DNA of 64,000 nucleotides from Lama glama (taxonomy: Eukaryota): positions 63,180,001-63,244,000 of the forward strand of contig CM052816.1 of assembly GCA_028534125.1 (NCBI GenBank), given 5' to 3'. Each line of letters starts with the position of its first letter. Positions within the stretch are counted from its first letter, which is position 1. The notes beneath the pieces were generated by a model, which ran no database searches, was not told where the DNA came from, and saw nothing but the letters and a program-made list of their open reading frames with translations. A program made the position numbers and the translations under genes. This document shows positions 22,516 to 36,700 of the stretch, one piece after another.

Positions 22516-25134
22516 TCAGAGGAAAAAAAAAACCCTGCTGATTGCAAGTAAGTTTAAAAAAATAAATGTATAGAACTCTTTCTTCTTTGACAATGACTTC
22601 TTTCATATCTGCTATCCTGGTTACCAAGTACCTGAAAGTTACATTTGTATCTTTTCCAATAATTCTTTCTCTCTCACTCTGTAGCACACCACTGTATTAC
22701 ATAATGAGAATGTGATTTTTTTTCTTAAAACTAAATTCTTCTCTCCTCTCCTTTATTGCTGAAATCTGAAGAACACATCATTTGCTCTAGTATTAATGTG
22801 ATTCCATTTGTAAAATCTGACAGTAATCTGAATGTACAACATCTCTTTCAACACCAACTCTCTGGTGCTTCTCACAGTCATTTACAAAGATTCCTCCACT
22901 TTAGCTCCTGATTGATTTTCCAGTGTGTTCCCTCCACCAGTAGTTCAGAATCTCTCTTGGCCCTCCTTAAACATTACAAAGAATTGAAGTCCTTTATTTC
23001 TTCTAATTGCCATGGGTAGAAAGGTCAGTTCTCAATAATAAACATGGCCTGTGTAGTTAAGGATTTCTCCTGCTGGAAAAAGGTACAGATAAAACCATTC
23101 TTCTGTGAGAATGGAGAGAAAGGAAGACCTGGCTTTTGTCTTTTCTCAATCATTCAATCCCTGACATTCAGCATATTTCTGAAACCCCTCTAGGACTAGT
23201 CTAAGATTATCCTCTAGTATTTGCTAACTTTCAAGAAGAATGACCATTAAACTCCTATTACAAATTATCCAGGCAAAGTTATATTTCAAAAATTTCCTCC
23301 TAAATTTTACCTCTGCAAGGAGAAATTTTTCACACATATGGTATACAAGCATGCATGAGAGTGAGGAAAGGTATGTGTTAATGAATACTGGCAAATCAAA
23401 CCCTCCGTGCCCTTCAAAATCTCCCAACAAGCCTGAGATAATACCACTAAACTATTCGCCATTAGAATCATTTCTTTAGTTTAAATGATTTCCCTAACCT
23501 GGAATCCCCAATTTTCCTAGGGTCCTAGAGATTTTTTTAATATCAAAATTCTCTTTGTATATCATATATTTATCTGAAATATAGATGCATGGGCTAAAAT
23601 ACCAAGTTTCTTCCCTAGTGACTGTAGTCATATCACCTCAGGGTGCTGATACTTAAATCAAGTTAAATGGAAGCTTTAATTAACAGGAAAACATATCCTT
23701 GGTTATGTCTGTTCAGAAGACAAAATTCTTAAAAAAAAAAAAAGTTGGTATCAATGGAAGAAAAATGTAAGAGAGACTGCTGGTGGTAGAAAGATTGGAA
23801 ACTGAGCTACAGTCTTTAAAGATAGACTCTGGCCTTTAGAAAGTCCCTTAAAATGTATAGAATTGGGGAACTGAAGCAGAGTCCCTCAGTTCTCCTCTAA
23901 GTTTCTCTCCTGAGCATTAATTTAATAGACTGATGAGTTTCTACCTCCAGCAAGGGAAGAGGAAGGATTGGATCCAAATTAGATACTTGTCCAGGTCAAG
24001 CCCCAACATCTAGAAAACCAGTATGGCAACTCCTGCAAGCAGATGGAAAAGAAATGGGGAGAAGTGAGACACCAAGAGACCAGGGTGAGGGCAGCATGAG
24101 GATAGACTTAGGGCATCGTGACTCCTTGAACAAATAGCAAGTACAGGACAGCTGAAAGAAGGTAGAGGAATGACAGGAAACTGATTGAGGATGTAACAGC
24201 TTTTCCATGCACACATAAAATCGCCCCTAAACACATTTAAATCTTCACAAGCTTGGCCATACTTCTATTTTGTTCTAAAATGTTAGTTATTTCTGTCAAG
24301 TGAGTCTTATCATTCTATGCCTACTTTTGGCCTGGAAAAAGCTTTGGAATCACGCAGTTATCCAAAATGCCTTCCTAAGGTTACAGGGACAGAATAAAAA
24401 GCATGAAATCCAGAATTGGTAAAAAAAAAAAAAATCTCAACAAAGAAGTCAAAAATCTTAGAATACAACTTTGTTGAGGTTTTACCCAGCTTTTCAAGCA
24501 CTACCCGAATGCTAGGTTTTCTAACTCTAGCTACTATTAAATTGCTGTCATTCATAATCCTCCATAGAAAAACAGCTGCTTAATGCTTACTCTACAACAA
24601 AGGAAAGCTTAATCTCATGTACCTTTTTCCTCCCAGAGTGCTTTCCTCACTCCCTTTTCCATCTGTCAACATTGGATTCATCTTTGAGTCCAACATGAGT
24701 CCCACACAGCAAAGTATAGCCTATAGAAGAACAGTAGCCTCGGCTGGAAATTTCCTTTCCTCCCACAAAGTCTTAGAAAATGCGTGTACGTGTACCACTG
24801 ATTCGGTATGTACAAATCAAACCTTTACTGAGTCCTTAATATGTGCACAGAACTGCCAGGGATTTTCTTTGAGAGTCGTAGTCCCAAAGTAAGGGCTCTG
24901 AGAAGTCCTAAAGCAAAAACTGTACCATTTGGTGTGTCCCAATGTTTTTAAAATTGATCTTGCAATCCTGCCCTGGGTATCATACACCCATGAATATCAC
25001 ACAAAAACACTTGTCTTCTGCAGTGTTTTTAAACTGACTCTGGCTTCTATATGTGCTGAATTTGTACTGATATATACAGTTATAAACCCTGTGTCATCCA
25101 ACTCCAAGCCACACTAAAAGTCTTTAACACAAAG

Positions 25135-25240
25135 GGCTTCTCTAAGCCTGAGTTCAGGGACCAGGCTTTGTTCACTGCTGTCCTACTCAGTACCCATCGA
25201 GTGCTAGGCACATAGCAGGAACTCACCGAGTATGACTGGG
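25135..25240 (+). mobile_element. L2 3' end
   Basis: TTTGTTCACTGCTGTCC...GTGCTAGGCACATAGCAGGAACTCA. Confidence 0.7.
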
Positions 25241-25274
25241 AAAAAGGGAGGCAGAGGGAGAGAGCATCACAGAA

Positions 25275-25475
25275 GATAAGCAGCACTGACCCATTGCCTG
25301 TTTTACATCAAGTATTGAGCTGGAAGCTTCACGTGGATTATTTTATTTAATCTTTGCAACAAGTCCATAAAATCAATATTTTTATCCTCATTTTATAGAA
25401 GAGAAAACGAGCTCAGAAAGGTTAAGTAATTTTTCCAGAGCTCACATAACTAATGACTACTGGAGTCAGGATATT
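25275..25475 (-). mobile_element. MIR
   Basis: TATCCTCATTTTATAGAAGAGAAAACGAGCTCAGAAAGGTTAAGTAATTTT matches the MIR core. Confidence 0.8.
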
Positions 25476-26157
25476 ACTGTTTTATATATTGAGGCTCTAG
25501 AGTATATCATTTGAAAAATGTTTTGCTGCATTGAAAACCCAAGTCTATAAAGGAAATAGTTTAGTTAAAAAAAAAAAAAAAGAAAGAACATTGAAATATT
25601 ACTAAACTGGTTTCTGATCAACAAAAGGTTTTTTTTCACTTTAATTAAAAATTAAAGTCACCATCTAATAAAACATTCTGTGTAGCCCTTCCAAGAATTT
25701 TGAAAAATAAATCTCTATCTGACATTCATCCTTTTAGAATTGCTTTAGGGTTTAAAATAAGTGCATTAGACTTGTCAAATACATATATCATTTGAAAGTA
25801 AAATATTAAGTGAAGAAAAGACCTTTTATTTAGCGTGCAATGTTTACCAGCTGCTGCAGGGCCCAAGGAAAACATTTAATTGAATGTCTAAAAATATTTT
25901 TATAACACTTCAATTTTAGGTTTACATTCAAGGCAACCAAGGTATTCTTTCTTACTTTAAATTTTAAATTTGCCACCATGGGGATGAAAACAAGTTTTAA
26001 TTTTGCAAGTTTCATCTAAAACTGTCATTACAGAAAAGCAAAATGACGTTTTATTTTATGACTAAAGGATGTGTCCTAAAAGAACTAGTGGCCATATATT
26101 TGGCCATATTTTTAAGGCTGTGTAAGATCTAACAGCTGCTGTTATGTAACCACTATT

Positions 26158-26820
26158 TTGTTCATTTAGACAATAAATATCTGAGTGTCTCTGAAACGCA
26201 TGGCACTGTACTAGGCACCTGGTGATCAAACAACATCCCAACTTTCAAAAGGCTTATGTTCTGGGTGAGGCTAGGGAACAAGTAAGCACATGAACAACAT
26301 AATTTCTGGTAGTGGTATGATCTCTAAAAATAACACAGCACAGAACAAGGAGACATGATTGAGCACATAGGGGTAGGTGGTGTGAGGTGTAGGTGGTGTT
26401 GCTGTCAACAGCAGCTCCAGGAGTTTGTTCCAGGCAAAGGCCCTCAGCCAGAAGGGTGATTGTCAAATTCAAGGACAGCGGTAAGGCCCCCATGGCCAGA
26501 ATGGAGTGAAGGGAGCGGGAATGAAAGATGAGGTCAGAGAGAAAGGCAGGGACAAGGAAGATGTGTGGCTTTATTCTCAGCAGGGGAATGAAGTACAGGG
26601 ATTTAGCTGTTCAAAGATCACTATGGACCTGCTCTAGAGAATAGGGGGCACGGAGGTGGGGCAGGTAGGCTGCATCACAGCTCTGGAAGAGCTGTTTGGA
26701 GAGGACAGCTAAGAAGACAGCGGGAGGAAGATGTGTCAGAGGGTACACTGTGGAAACAGAGTAAGAAGTCTTGCTGGTGGATTGCATACAGTGGGGTAAA
26801 GGAAAGAGGGGATTAAAAAG
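26158..26820 (-). mobile_element. L2 fragment; continues at about 27195-27228 after an L1 insertion
   Basis: TTCATTTAGACAATAAATATCTGAGTGTCTC...GGCACTGTACTAGGCAC...AAAGATCACTATGG. Confidence 0.78.
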
Positions 26821-26821
26821 T

Positions 26822-27194
26822 AAGCCAGATAGAGAAAGAAAAATACAATATGATACCACTTATATGTGGAATCTAAAAAAATGACACAAATGAGCTTATT
26901 TACTAAACAGACTCACAGACACAGAAAACAAACGCATGGTTACCAGAGAGGAAAGAGGGTCAGGAGAGATAAATTGGGAGTTCAAGATTTGCAGATACTA
27001 ACTACTATATATAAAATAGATCAACAGCAAGGTCCTACTGTATAGTCCAGGGAACTATATTCAATACCCTGTAATAGGCTATAATGAAAAGGAATATGAA
27101 AAGGAATATATATGTACAACTGAATCACCATGCTGTACACCAGAAACTAACACAACATTGTAAACCGACTATACTTCTATTAAAAAAAAAAAAA
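26822..27194 (+). mobile_element. L1 3' end with poly(A), inserted in L2
   Basis: AGCCAGATAGAGAAAGAAAAATAC...TATACTTCTATT followed by A13. Short TSD AAAAAGT. Confidence 0.94.
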
Positions 27195-27744
27195 GTGATT
27201 CCTAGGCCTCTGACTTGAGCAGCCTAAGGCAAAACCAGTCCATCTCCTGCAGTGGGAACTAGTCCCTACAAGTTTGCCTGCAGAACGCTTTCTTCTGCTG
27301 TGCTTCCTAACAAGTCACAAAACACCAGTGTCTGTGAAGCACGGAAGGAGGCTGTTCTTGAAGTCTACCCAGGTATCGATTCATCCTCGCCTCAGAGTCT
27401 GAACTTGCTCCCATCCCCTGAGGAAAACTGCAACACAAAGTCAGCGCTGCCTGCGTGGATTTTAACTTTCTAGTGACTGACTGAACCAACAGGTACAGGA
27501 AAGGTAAATGGGCAGTTGCCCCAATATAAACAAGTTTTGAATCTGATAGCATTTTAATGTGACTATTTTTACTAAGATGGCAATTCCAAGTCATACTGGA
27601 CAATTAACCCCTTACTAAATAATAATGACTTATTTTTGTTTGTTTTCTTTGATTATATTTAGAACATAGTGTATTAAAATATAGAGTCAAAGCAATATCT
27701 AAAGTCATTTGAAACAATTCTTCTCTCAGTGTGGTTATGTCAGT

Positions 27745-28856
27745 AATTTTCTATAACATTATATTAGTTTCAGGTGTACAATATTTGCATATTGGCTGAC
27801 GTATAATATTTATATATAGTGTGAATCAGTGTGAATCACAGTAAATCTAATTAACATCCATTACCCACACACATTTACCAAAAAAAATTTTTTTCTTGTG
27901 AGGACTTTTAAGATTTACACTCTTAGCAACTTTCAAACATGTAATACAGTGCTGTTAACTATAGTCACCAACTACATATCTCCATGACTTATTTCTTTTA
28001 TAATTGCAGGTCTCTACCTTTTGACCTCCTTGACCCATTTTAACCAGTTCCGACTCCAGCAACCACCAATCTGTTCACTCTACCTATGACCTTGGTGCTT
28101 TGTTTTTTTTTTTTTAGATTTCACATGTAAGTGAGATCATACAGTATTTGTCTTTCTCTGACTTGTTTAGCACAACGCCCCTCAAAGTCTACCCATTTTG
28201 TCACAAATAGTAATATTTCATTCTTTTTTATGACAATAAATTCCATTCTATATACACACCACAGTTTCTTTATCCATTTGTCTATCAAAGGACACTTATG
28301 TTGTCTCCATATCTTGGCTATTGTAAATACTGCTGCAATGAACAGAAAAATACATATATCTTTTTGAATTAGTGTTTTCATTTTCTTCGGATAAATACCC
28401 AGAAGTGGAATTGCTGGATCATATATGGTAGTTTTATTTTTAAGGTTTTTAGAAGCCTCCACACTGTTTTCCATAGTGGCTGCACCAATTTAAATTCCCA
28501 ACAAAAGTGCATAAGTGTTCCCTTTTTTCCACATCCTTGCCAGTGTTTATTATTTGTCTTTCTGAGATTAGCCATTCTGACAGATATGAGATGATATCTC
28601 GTTGTAGTTTTGATTTGCATTTCTCTGATGACAAGTGATGCTGAGTATCTTTTCACGTGCCTTTAGGCCATCTATAGGTCTTCATGAAAATGTCTATTTA
28701 GATGGTCTATCCATTTTTTTAAATTAGGTTGTTTGGCTTGTTGCAATTGAGTTGTATGAGTTCTTTACATATTTTGGATATTAACCCCTTACCACAGATA
28801 TGATATGCAAATATTTTTTTCCATTCAGTAGACTGTCTTTTTCTTTTGTTGATGAT
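27745..28856 (-). mobile_element. L1 ORF2 end and 3' UTR, older subfamily
   Basis: ORFs 28121..28474 and 28378..28656 give frameshifted ORF2 C-terminal peptides ([26 protein letters not shown]). Confidence 0.93.
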
Positions 28857-31304
28857 ATGACCACCATTTACAAAGCCCTTGCTATGTTATATGCACCATC
28901 GGAAGAGCAGTACATAGATCAGAGCATTTAACAGCATTTCACTTCTGGGAAGGAGGGACCACTGCATTAATTTCACAGAGAGGGACGAAACCTGAAGTCA
29001 CAGAAGCAAAAGGGCCAAGCGTCTGTCTATGCTTAATTCTGGGTTCATTTTTCACCAAAATTTAGCTTCTAGAGCTCCAGAGTTCAAAGCAAACTTTTCC
29101 ATCAAACAAATAGCAAGGGGAGATAAGAAAGAAAAAGGTGAATAATAATTTTATCCAGTCCATTGAGAGTTAAGTTAATTATTCCAAATCTCCTTTTCTT
29201 CTAAATTTAGCCTAACTGCTGAAAATAATACAAACATCTAAAGATGCTGAGAAAATCCAACAAGAAAGTGAGAATTTTGTTTGTTTGTTTCAGGATGCTA
29301 GTTAGCTCTCCAGCCTAGGTAAATTTTATTTAAAGCTTGGGGGGAAAAAAGGTGTGAAACACTGAAAGAAAACATTGAAGGGGGTGGAATAATGAGAGAA
29401 ATAACTGTTTCAAAGAGTATCCAGAGGTCACAGAGCAAAAGAAATTATCAGGACTTGCTGTGAATGTGAACTGGCATGTCCCAGGGAAGGCCAGCCGCCG
29501 GAGAGGGCTCTGGGCATCCGGCAGGGAGCACCTTGCACAAGACACCCTTCCATCTGAAGTCGGTCTTCTAACAGTTAATTAGGGCCCTTCACCAAACTCT
29601 GCCCTCCAGGGGAATCTCAGAGATCCACAGTTCCAATGGTGTGCCTATTTCAACTATCTATAGTACACAGGACAAAGAGCATGGCTCAGGATTACTAAGA
29701 GGACCTGAGGTTTCCCTGTGGGTGGAGGAACAATACATGGGAACGAGGTCCACCATGGTCAGCCCCCACATCTAAATTAAAAGTTACATCAGCATCTCTT
29801 ATATGTCACCCCAACTGCATCTTCAGGATAAAGGAAAGAGGAGCCAAAAGGAGTAAAAAGAACACCAGCTTTTTGTTCCTTCATTGTTCTATGTTCTGTG
29901 GGGGGTTTTGTTTTCATTTTTGTTTTTAGGTTTTGTTTTGGCAACAAAAGCAACTAGCACTGAAGACAGCTGAAAATTACAGACTTTACTTTTTAGTTGC
30001 TTAAAAAAACAAATGCTGAATCTCAGATGCCTTTGTCAACCAGGTTGCTAGGAAAGCACTTCTGATCTTTTTGAGTGAATCCTTTGGTTAGACTAATTCA
30101 ATTAAACTAGTATTTATTTAGTGCCACTCTGTGCCAACTACAGACACAGTGGATATGATGATCCCAGTCTCTCTCTGTGGGAAGGGGAGGGGGAATGTAT
30201 ACATACACAAAATCATGGCCCATCCTTCCTCCATTTGTGTCTGACTCATTCTCTAAGGTTACTTTGAAATCCAATCTTTCTCTCCAGGTACTCAAGCCAC
30301 TTACTTAACATGATCTAATTTGCACACTTAATAAGATGTTCTCTAGTCCACCATCCAAATCAAAGTATGAAATAGGACTGGGACAGTGTGACCTTATGCA
30401 GTGCCACATAGCATCCTGGAGGCATTCAAATCATAGCTACAGGCTCAAGTTCACGGGCTCTGATTTCCAACAAAGAGTTGTTGAAATTCAGAATGTTCCA
30501 ATTCCCGGGGAAACTGAACAGAAACTGTGTAACGTGGACCCACGTCTCCCTGAAAGTCTACTGGAATGTGTCGCCTGGGACTGACTGAGATGGGGGTCAG
30601 AGGCTTAGCTGGTCCCTGTGCCACCTCACCTGCACAAGAGACCCATGCTGGCAGAAAAAAACAAAATGCCAAGATAAAGAGTGAGCACGCGTTTATAGCT
30701 ATGAGCATTTAAAGACTTGACACACGCCTGCTGGTATAGTCCAAGATCAGCCAGCAATTTGCTTTCTGAGTCTTTATATTGCAAGCCTTTATCACCTGCT
30801 TTGAATATGCACTATCCAGATATGCAAATTGGTCACTGTCTATTAACCAAGGGCATTATAAATCACTCCTTCAGAAAATCTTAATTTTAATTAAAATTAG
30901 ACCTACAGCCTCACAGGTCTCCAGTGCATTTCCTGAAGCCACGGGTGTTGTTTTCTCTCGGATGCTTACAAAGGGTCTTGGGAAAGCCTGGCGAAGCTTC
31001 TTTTGGTCTGAAGTGCTTTTGTTCCATTTTGTTTTGCATTTTCTTTCATGAACCTGAGATAATCAAGTGTTTGGCTTGGCGCTTACAAAAAAGAGCTTTA
31101 GAAAATTACACAAAATTAAATAAAGCATTAGAAATGTTATACTGAATCCCTAGTAGGAAGAAAATCTAGCAAAATATACTAATGTAATAAAAGTTGTTCG
31201 ACAACACTAAAGTCATAGCAGAAAAAAGGGCATTCCTCCTGCAATCTAAAGAAGACAAGTGCCATTTTCACCCACAGCATCAGTATTTCCATCTTCCTGA
31301 TGGC

Positions 31305-31510
31305 CACTGTTGAGCATTTGCTCTCCCCCGAGCACAGAGCTTTGTGCCTGTATATATCAGCTCACTTGTTTCTCCCAATAAACCTGTGAGGCAGGCACTC
31401 CTCTCCCAACTTACAGAAGAGAACAACTGAAACTCAGGGGGGATAAGCAAATTGCCCACAGGGACACAATGCAGGGAAGCAGACAGACCCCAGGCTGCTT
31501 CACTCCAAGG
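31305..31510 (-). mobile_element. MIR
   Basis: AAACCTGTGAGGCAGGCAC...TTACAGAAGAG...ACTGAAACTCAG...TTGCCCACAGGGACACA. Confidence 0.72.
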
Positions 31511-32789
31511 CATGTAATAACCACAAGGAAAACCACAAGCAGGTATCAAGCTGCCATAAGCAATGGCGGTTGAGTACACCTGGTAGGAAAAAGGGAAAGC
31601 ATCTAACTCCACTTCTCTTGAGGAGCTTGTACACTTAGGACAGAGATCATCTCAGAACGTGTCCCCCAGATCAGAGGTGAATTTCCAGCCCCCGGGGTGA
31701 CCCAGAACAATACCCACCTTGGCCCTTGGATTGAACCACATTGGCCCTTAGAGATGTTTATCTTCCACATTTCCCTTTGGCATTATTAACTTAGCTGGAA
31801 TGCTAATAAGCCACCTTGGAAATATCTACTCAGTTTATTTACCGGTATGTGCTGTGGTGTTGAGCTTATGGGTCACTATTTCATCTGGTTCTCGTTTAGG
31901 GAGACCCAGGACAAAAATTTTTTCTCAGGTTTTGATGCCTGGAAGAACATGCCTCTCTTAAGCAATAGATATGTTTCTGTGACTCTTGTGAGCTTTATGA
32001 CCGATCATGTTTCCCTTTTTGCTTTGACAGCTAGGAAGCTTAAGACCAGCTGACTGCAAAATGGTGCACAGAACACTGGGCTATGCCTCAGGTGCTAAAA
32101 ATTCCCCAAGCTTAATTTCAAACCCTAACCTTTTCCTTTCCCCTTTTACTTCATTAATTTTTTAATTTTTTTCTCCTTTGGTATTTTACTGCAGATATGT
32201 AGGTAATGTTTTTGAAACTGTATTCAGGGTACAGGTGTTCACCCATTCATCTATTCTGTGGGTAACAGAATCTCTGTACTTGCATCTGAAACAGATCAGC
32301 AGTCCCCGGACAGGGAAGACACCTCACTCATCTCTGTCTCTTTAGTACAAACCCTAGACATAGCGTATCAGCAGCACTTACTAAACACTTATTGAATCGA
32401 AGTGAACTTTGAAATATCCCCAGAGAATCTCTGGAAGAGTCTGAAAAACTCTTTAGAATTTTAAACTACTGTCTCCGGACTTCAGTCCCCATTAGATGAG
32501 GGAGCATTTTGTTTATGCTCCGAGTCTTGTCCTAAGTGGAGAGAGAGAGGATTCTGCTCTACTAGTGCCGATGTCTGAAATGCCAGTGCCCCAGCAGAGT
32601 GTCCATAACCCAGTTCCCTGATACACCAGCCCTACCGGAGAATCCCACATATCCCAGGAGCTTAGTAAATGTTTGCTGAATCAGTACTGAAAACTGAGGT
32701 TCTTGTTATCTTCTGTATGCAGAAGTGAGGAAATGCTTTCTTCTGGCCCCTCTCTTTGGCTCCCCTCAATACTCTATGTTGAGTAAGTG

Positions 32790-33040
32790 GGGCATTGCAT
32801 AAGGCTAAAAACTAAGTTCCTGGGGCTCAGACAGACTGGTTTCAAATCCTGGTTCTGCCACTAACCAGCTTTGCAACCTCACCTCTTCTAAAGAAGCAAG
32901 TTATCCCAGCCTCCATCACTCACCTTTTAATGGTGAGTAATCATAAAACTTACTCGTGGGATTATTGTAAAGATTTAATGATACTGCAATGCAGTTGGCC
33001 CGACACCTTGTAGCTTGTGAGTGCTCAGTAAATGGGGGCT
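32790..33040 (+). mobile_element. MIR
   Basis: CTCAGACAGACTGGTTTCAAATCCTGGTTCTGCCACTAACCAGCT...GTGAGTGCTCAGTAAATG. Confidence 0.8.
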
Positions 33041-34244
33041 GTCTTGCCCATTTTCTTATATTTGTTACAAATTCAAACAACCTTACTTGTTTTCTTATAT
33101 TTGTTCCAAATTACAACATCGGACGTCTGCCCTTAGGGAACTGAACTGTGGGTAACACGCTTGTGACCAAAACACCATCTATTTCAATCTCTGACAGCAC
33201 TGTCGCCTTGCTCAGTCCACCCTCCTTCCCCCAATCCAGGATCACATTAGTTCCGCCCTCTTCCCTGCAATGGAGAGTTGTTGTTGGGCGGAGACAAGGA
33301 GGGAGCAGGGCTCATTAACAGATGACTTCAAAATCCTCTTAACATAGTAGGAATAATTGAAAAATGACAGAGCTTCTCAACTATTTCAAAGAGATATTGA
33401 GAAATGGGATTTGAATTTAAAGCAAGCATCATTAAAAAGATGGAAATATTTGGGAGCCTCGTGGCTGACTTCTGAGGATTACAATTAGAAAAACACTCTT
33501 TCAGTGAAGCATGGACTGAATGTATGAGTTAGAGATAATGTTTTGCTTTGAAAGATAAATCTCTTCAAAGTGATGACAATATAAAAATATGTTTGCATTT
33601 AATTTAGTGTTTATGAAAGACATCGTACACTCACCTACATAAAACTCAAGCTCACAGGCCTACAAGTCGGTGATTCGTATAACCTCCCACTGAAGCCTTG
33701 TCCTCAAGTCACCACAAACCCATCTGGTCCTCTGTATGCAGGGGAAAGAGAATGACATTAGCATTATGTCTACACAAAGACCAACTGCGCATTTAGAGAC
33801 AGGATGGAGAAACCACTGAATGCACAATTACCCAGTGGGCTTGGGCCTCCTCAAACACAGAAATGTGCTTCCCTGGGAACTCTGACTTCAAGGTCATGAG
33901 CACCATGGCTGGGGGGTGCTCTGCAGCTATCCACATTGCGGAACAAAGAACTCATGTTCAGACTCTTCGGGTCCATCTCTGTGTTAAATATCCAAGTGGA
34001 GTGCTTTGTCTACCTGTCCCCTAACCCCACTCTCCCGAACAGAGGCCTCTCCTCTGGGCTTAGAAACAACGCAGCTATTGTTGTTTTCCGCCCTTTAAGT
34101 GGGCAACCAAATGGCAACCCAGTGGCACCACGCCCTGTACTCAGGAACACGAGGGCCCCTCACGGAGCTGGCCGTGCTCCTCCCGACAGTGAGCTCGTCA
34201 GCACTGATGGCTCATCTCTGAGTACTGACACCTCTGTTCTCCCG

Positions 34245-34412
34245 GACTGCACAGTGGTTAAGCGCATGGGTTTGGAGCCCAACTGCCTGGGTTGGAATCA
34301 CTGTGTGACCTTGGGTAAGTCTCCACATCTCAGTTTCTCTATCTGTAGAAAGGGAATAACCATGGGACTTCAGAGAGCTATTGTGATGATTAAATAATTA
34401 ATATGTGTAGAA
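34245..34412 (+). mobile_element. MIR
   Basis: CAGTGGTTAAGCGCATGGGTTTGGAGCC...TGTGTGACCTTGGGTAAG...CTCAGTTTCTCTATCTGTAGAAAGGG. Confidence 0.85.
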
Positions 34413-34752
34413 GGGAAGAAATCCAGAGTGCTGGGGGGAGGTAGCACAAAAGCCCACGTAAGAGAGCATTTAACAGTTAGATGTTGAAGAATAGTTTTTC
34501 TAATACTGAAACAGTAATAAGAATATATTTATAAAACACAAAAAACATTATCTAACTTAGTTCCAACTAATGGGGTATTTTGTCTTCTCCTCTTGGTTGG
34601 TAGCTAAAAGCAGTGTAATTATCCCTTCCACTCCCAGCCAAGCCAACTATGGGGACATAACCAACTATGACCTTATGGGGCAGAAACAGTAGGGCAGGAG
34701 GAAGAAGGCCAGAGGATGGGCAGGAGCCTCATTTCCTACGTTCAAGGGATGA

Positions 34753-35630
34753 TGTCTTCACCCATTCAGGCTTCTATTAAAAAACAGTAATACCATAGAC
34801 TAGATGGCTTAAACGGCAAACATTAATCACAATTCTGAAGGCTGGGAAGTCTAATAAAGATACCAGCAGACTGAGTATCTGATAAGAACCCACTTCCTGG
34901 TACAGACGGCTATCTTCTTGCTGTGTCCTCACAAGGCAGAAGGGGTGAGAGAGCTCTGTGAGATCTCCTTATAAAGGCACTAATCCCCTTCAAGAGGGCT
35001 CCAATCTCATGACCTAATCACCTCCCAAGGGCCCCACCTCCTAATATCATCACACTGGGGATTAAGCTTCAACATAGGAATCTGGGGGGACGTATATATT
35101 CAGTACATAGCAGTCCAACCTTAGACTCCCAATATGTATTTCCTTCTCACATGCAAAATACATTTAACTCACAACCTCCAAAGTCTGAACTTGTCCCAGC
35201 ATCAACTCTAGGTCTAAAGCCCAAAGTCTCACCTAAACATCACCTAAATCAGAAACGGGCGAGACTCAAAGTTTGATTTATCCTGAGGAAAAATTCCTTT
35301 CCGGTTGTGAAACTTTGAAACCAAACAAGGTATGTGCTTCCAAAATACAATGGTGGGACAGACATTCTCATTCCAAAATGGAGAAATAGGGAAGAAAAAT
35401 GGAGTCGAAAACCTAACAGAGCAAATTTCATTAGACCTGAAGGCTAAAGAATAATCCTCTTTGACTTGATGCTCTGCCTTCCAAACGCACTGGAATGGCA
35501 TCGTTGTCCCCACAGCTTGGAAGGAGGCTGCCTGTGACAGCTGTCTGCAGTGACGCTGCCCACATCACAGCTTCCAGGGCAGCCAATGCCACAGCTCTCT
35601 GCAGGGACCCCACCCCAAGGCACTGTACCT
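34753..35630 (-). mobile_element. MaLR MLT1A-like LTR (34753-35112) plus adjoining internal sequence
   Basis: TAATACCATAGACTAGATGGCTTAAAC...CTCATGACCTAATCACCTCCCAAGGGCCCCACCTCCTAATA...CATAGCA, then internal CTTCTCACATGCAAAATACATT and GCTTCCAAAATACAATGGTGGGACAGAC. Confidence 0.88.
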
Positions 35631-36700
35631 TCAAGTTCACTAATCTCTTCCTTTTTCAATATTCAATCTATTTATCCTATCCACTGTATTTTTCATCTTA
35701 CACATTCCATTTTTCTCTCCAGAGGTTTTGTATGGTTCTTTTATCTCATCTTCTATGTCTCTACTTAACATATGCAATATTTCCTCTTTCTTCTTGAAAA
35801 TAAGAAATACAGTTATTGCAATCATTTCAATGTCTTTGTTACTAATTCTATCATCTATGTCATTTATGGGCATGTTTCTACCAACTAATTTTTCTTTTTT
35901 TTTTTTAAATTTTTCTTCTTATATGAGTCATATTTTCCTGTTCCTCTGTATGCCTGGTAATTTTTTTACTGGATGCCAGATATGATGAATTTTTCTTTGT
36001 TGAGTACTGGATATTTTTGTATTCCCATATTTTCACACTTTATTCTGGGATGCCGTCATATCATTGGAAAGAGTTTAACTATTTTTTGAGGTTTGCTGTT
36101 AAGATTTCTTATGTTGGATTCAGTAGTTTTGTTTAGGTCTAAGTGTGTCCCACAACTGAGGCAATATTCTCAATACTCTTATTTCTCTGATGTAAATTAT
36201 GACATTTTCCACCTTTAGCCAGTAGGAATAGTAACTGTTCCCATCTCTGGATAAGCTCCATGAAATGTTCCCTCTGCTCCTTTTTGGTGGTTCTTTCTCC
36301 AGACTTGGGTAGCTTCCCACAAGCACCTGCTGATCAGGAGTCTTTGAAGACTTGAGGAGGACTGATCTCTAGATCTGTCCAGCTCTCTCCTCACTGTACT
36401 TTGTCCTCTGCACTGGAGCCACACTGACTTCCCCAGACCCCAAACTCCGCCTCTTCAAACCATGGAGATCACTGCACTCCCTGGGTTCCTCCTCCCTCCC
36501 CTGCAGCCTGGAACTCATGTGAGGCACAAGGCTGGAGAAATAGTATGGTTCACCCTGCTTTGTTTTCCCACCCTCCGAGATCAATGTCCTGAGTTGTCTG
36601 ATAAACAATTTTCTGAAAAACCTTTGCTTCATATATTTCATCTAGCTTTCAAGTGGGAGGATACACCCAGTCTGTATTATTCCTTCCTGCCTAGAAGGAC
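35631..36700 (-). mobile_element. Old L1 5' UTR and ORF1 start (L1M-type)
   Basis: ORF 35640..35873 resembles a decayed ORF1 coiled-coil N-terminus (SRDIEDEIK...KMKNTVDRINRLNI). Confidence 0.7.

Noticed and set aside
33936..34397. 153-aa ORF, plus 48973..49377, 53094..53528 and 61966..62391
   Set aside because: No recognisable domain or coding-like composition. The 33936 ORF runs into a MIR.
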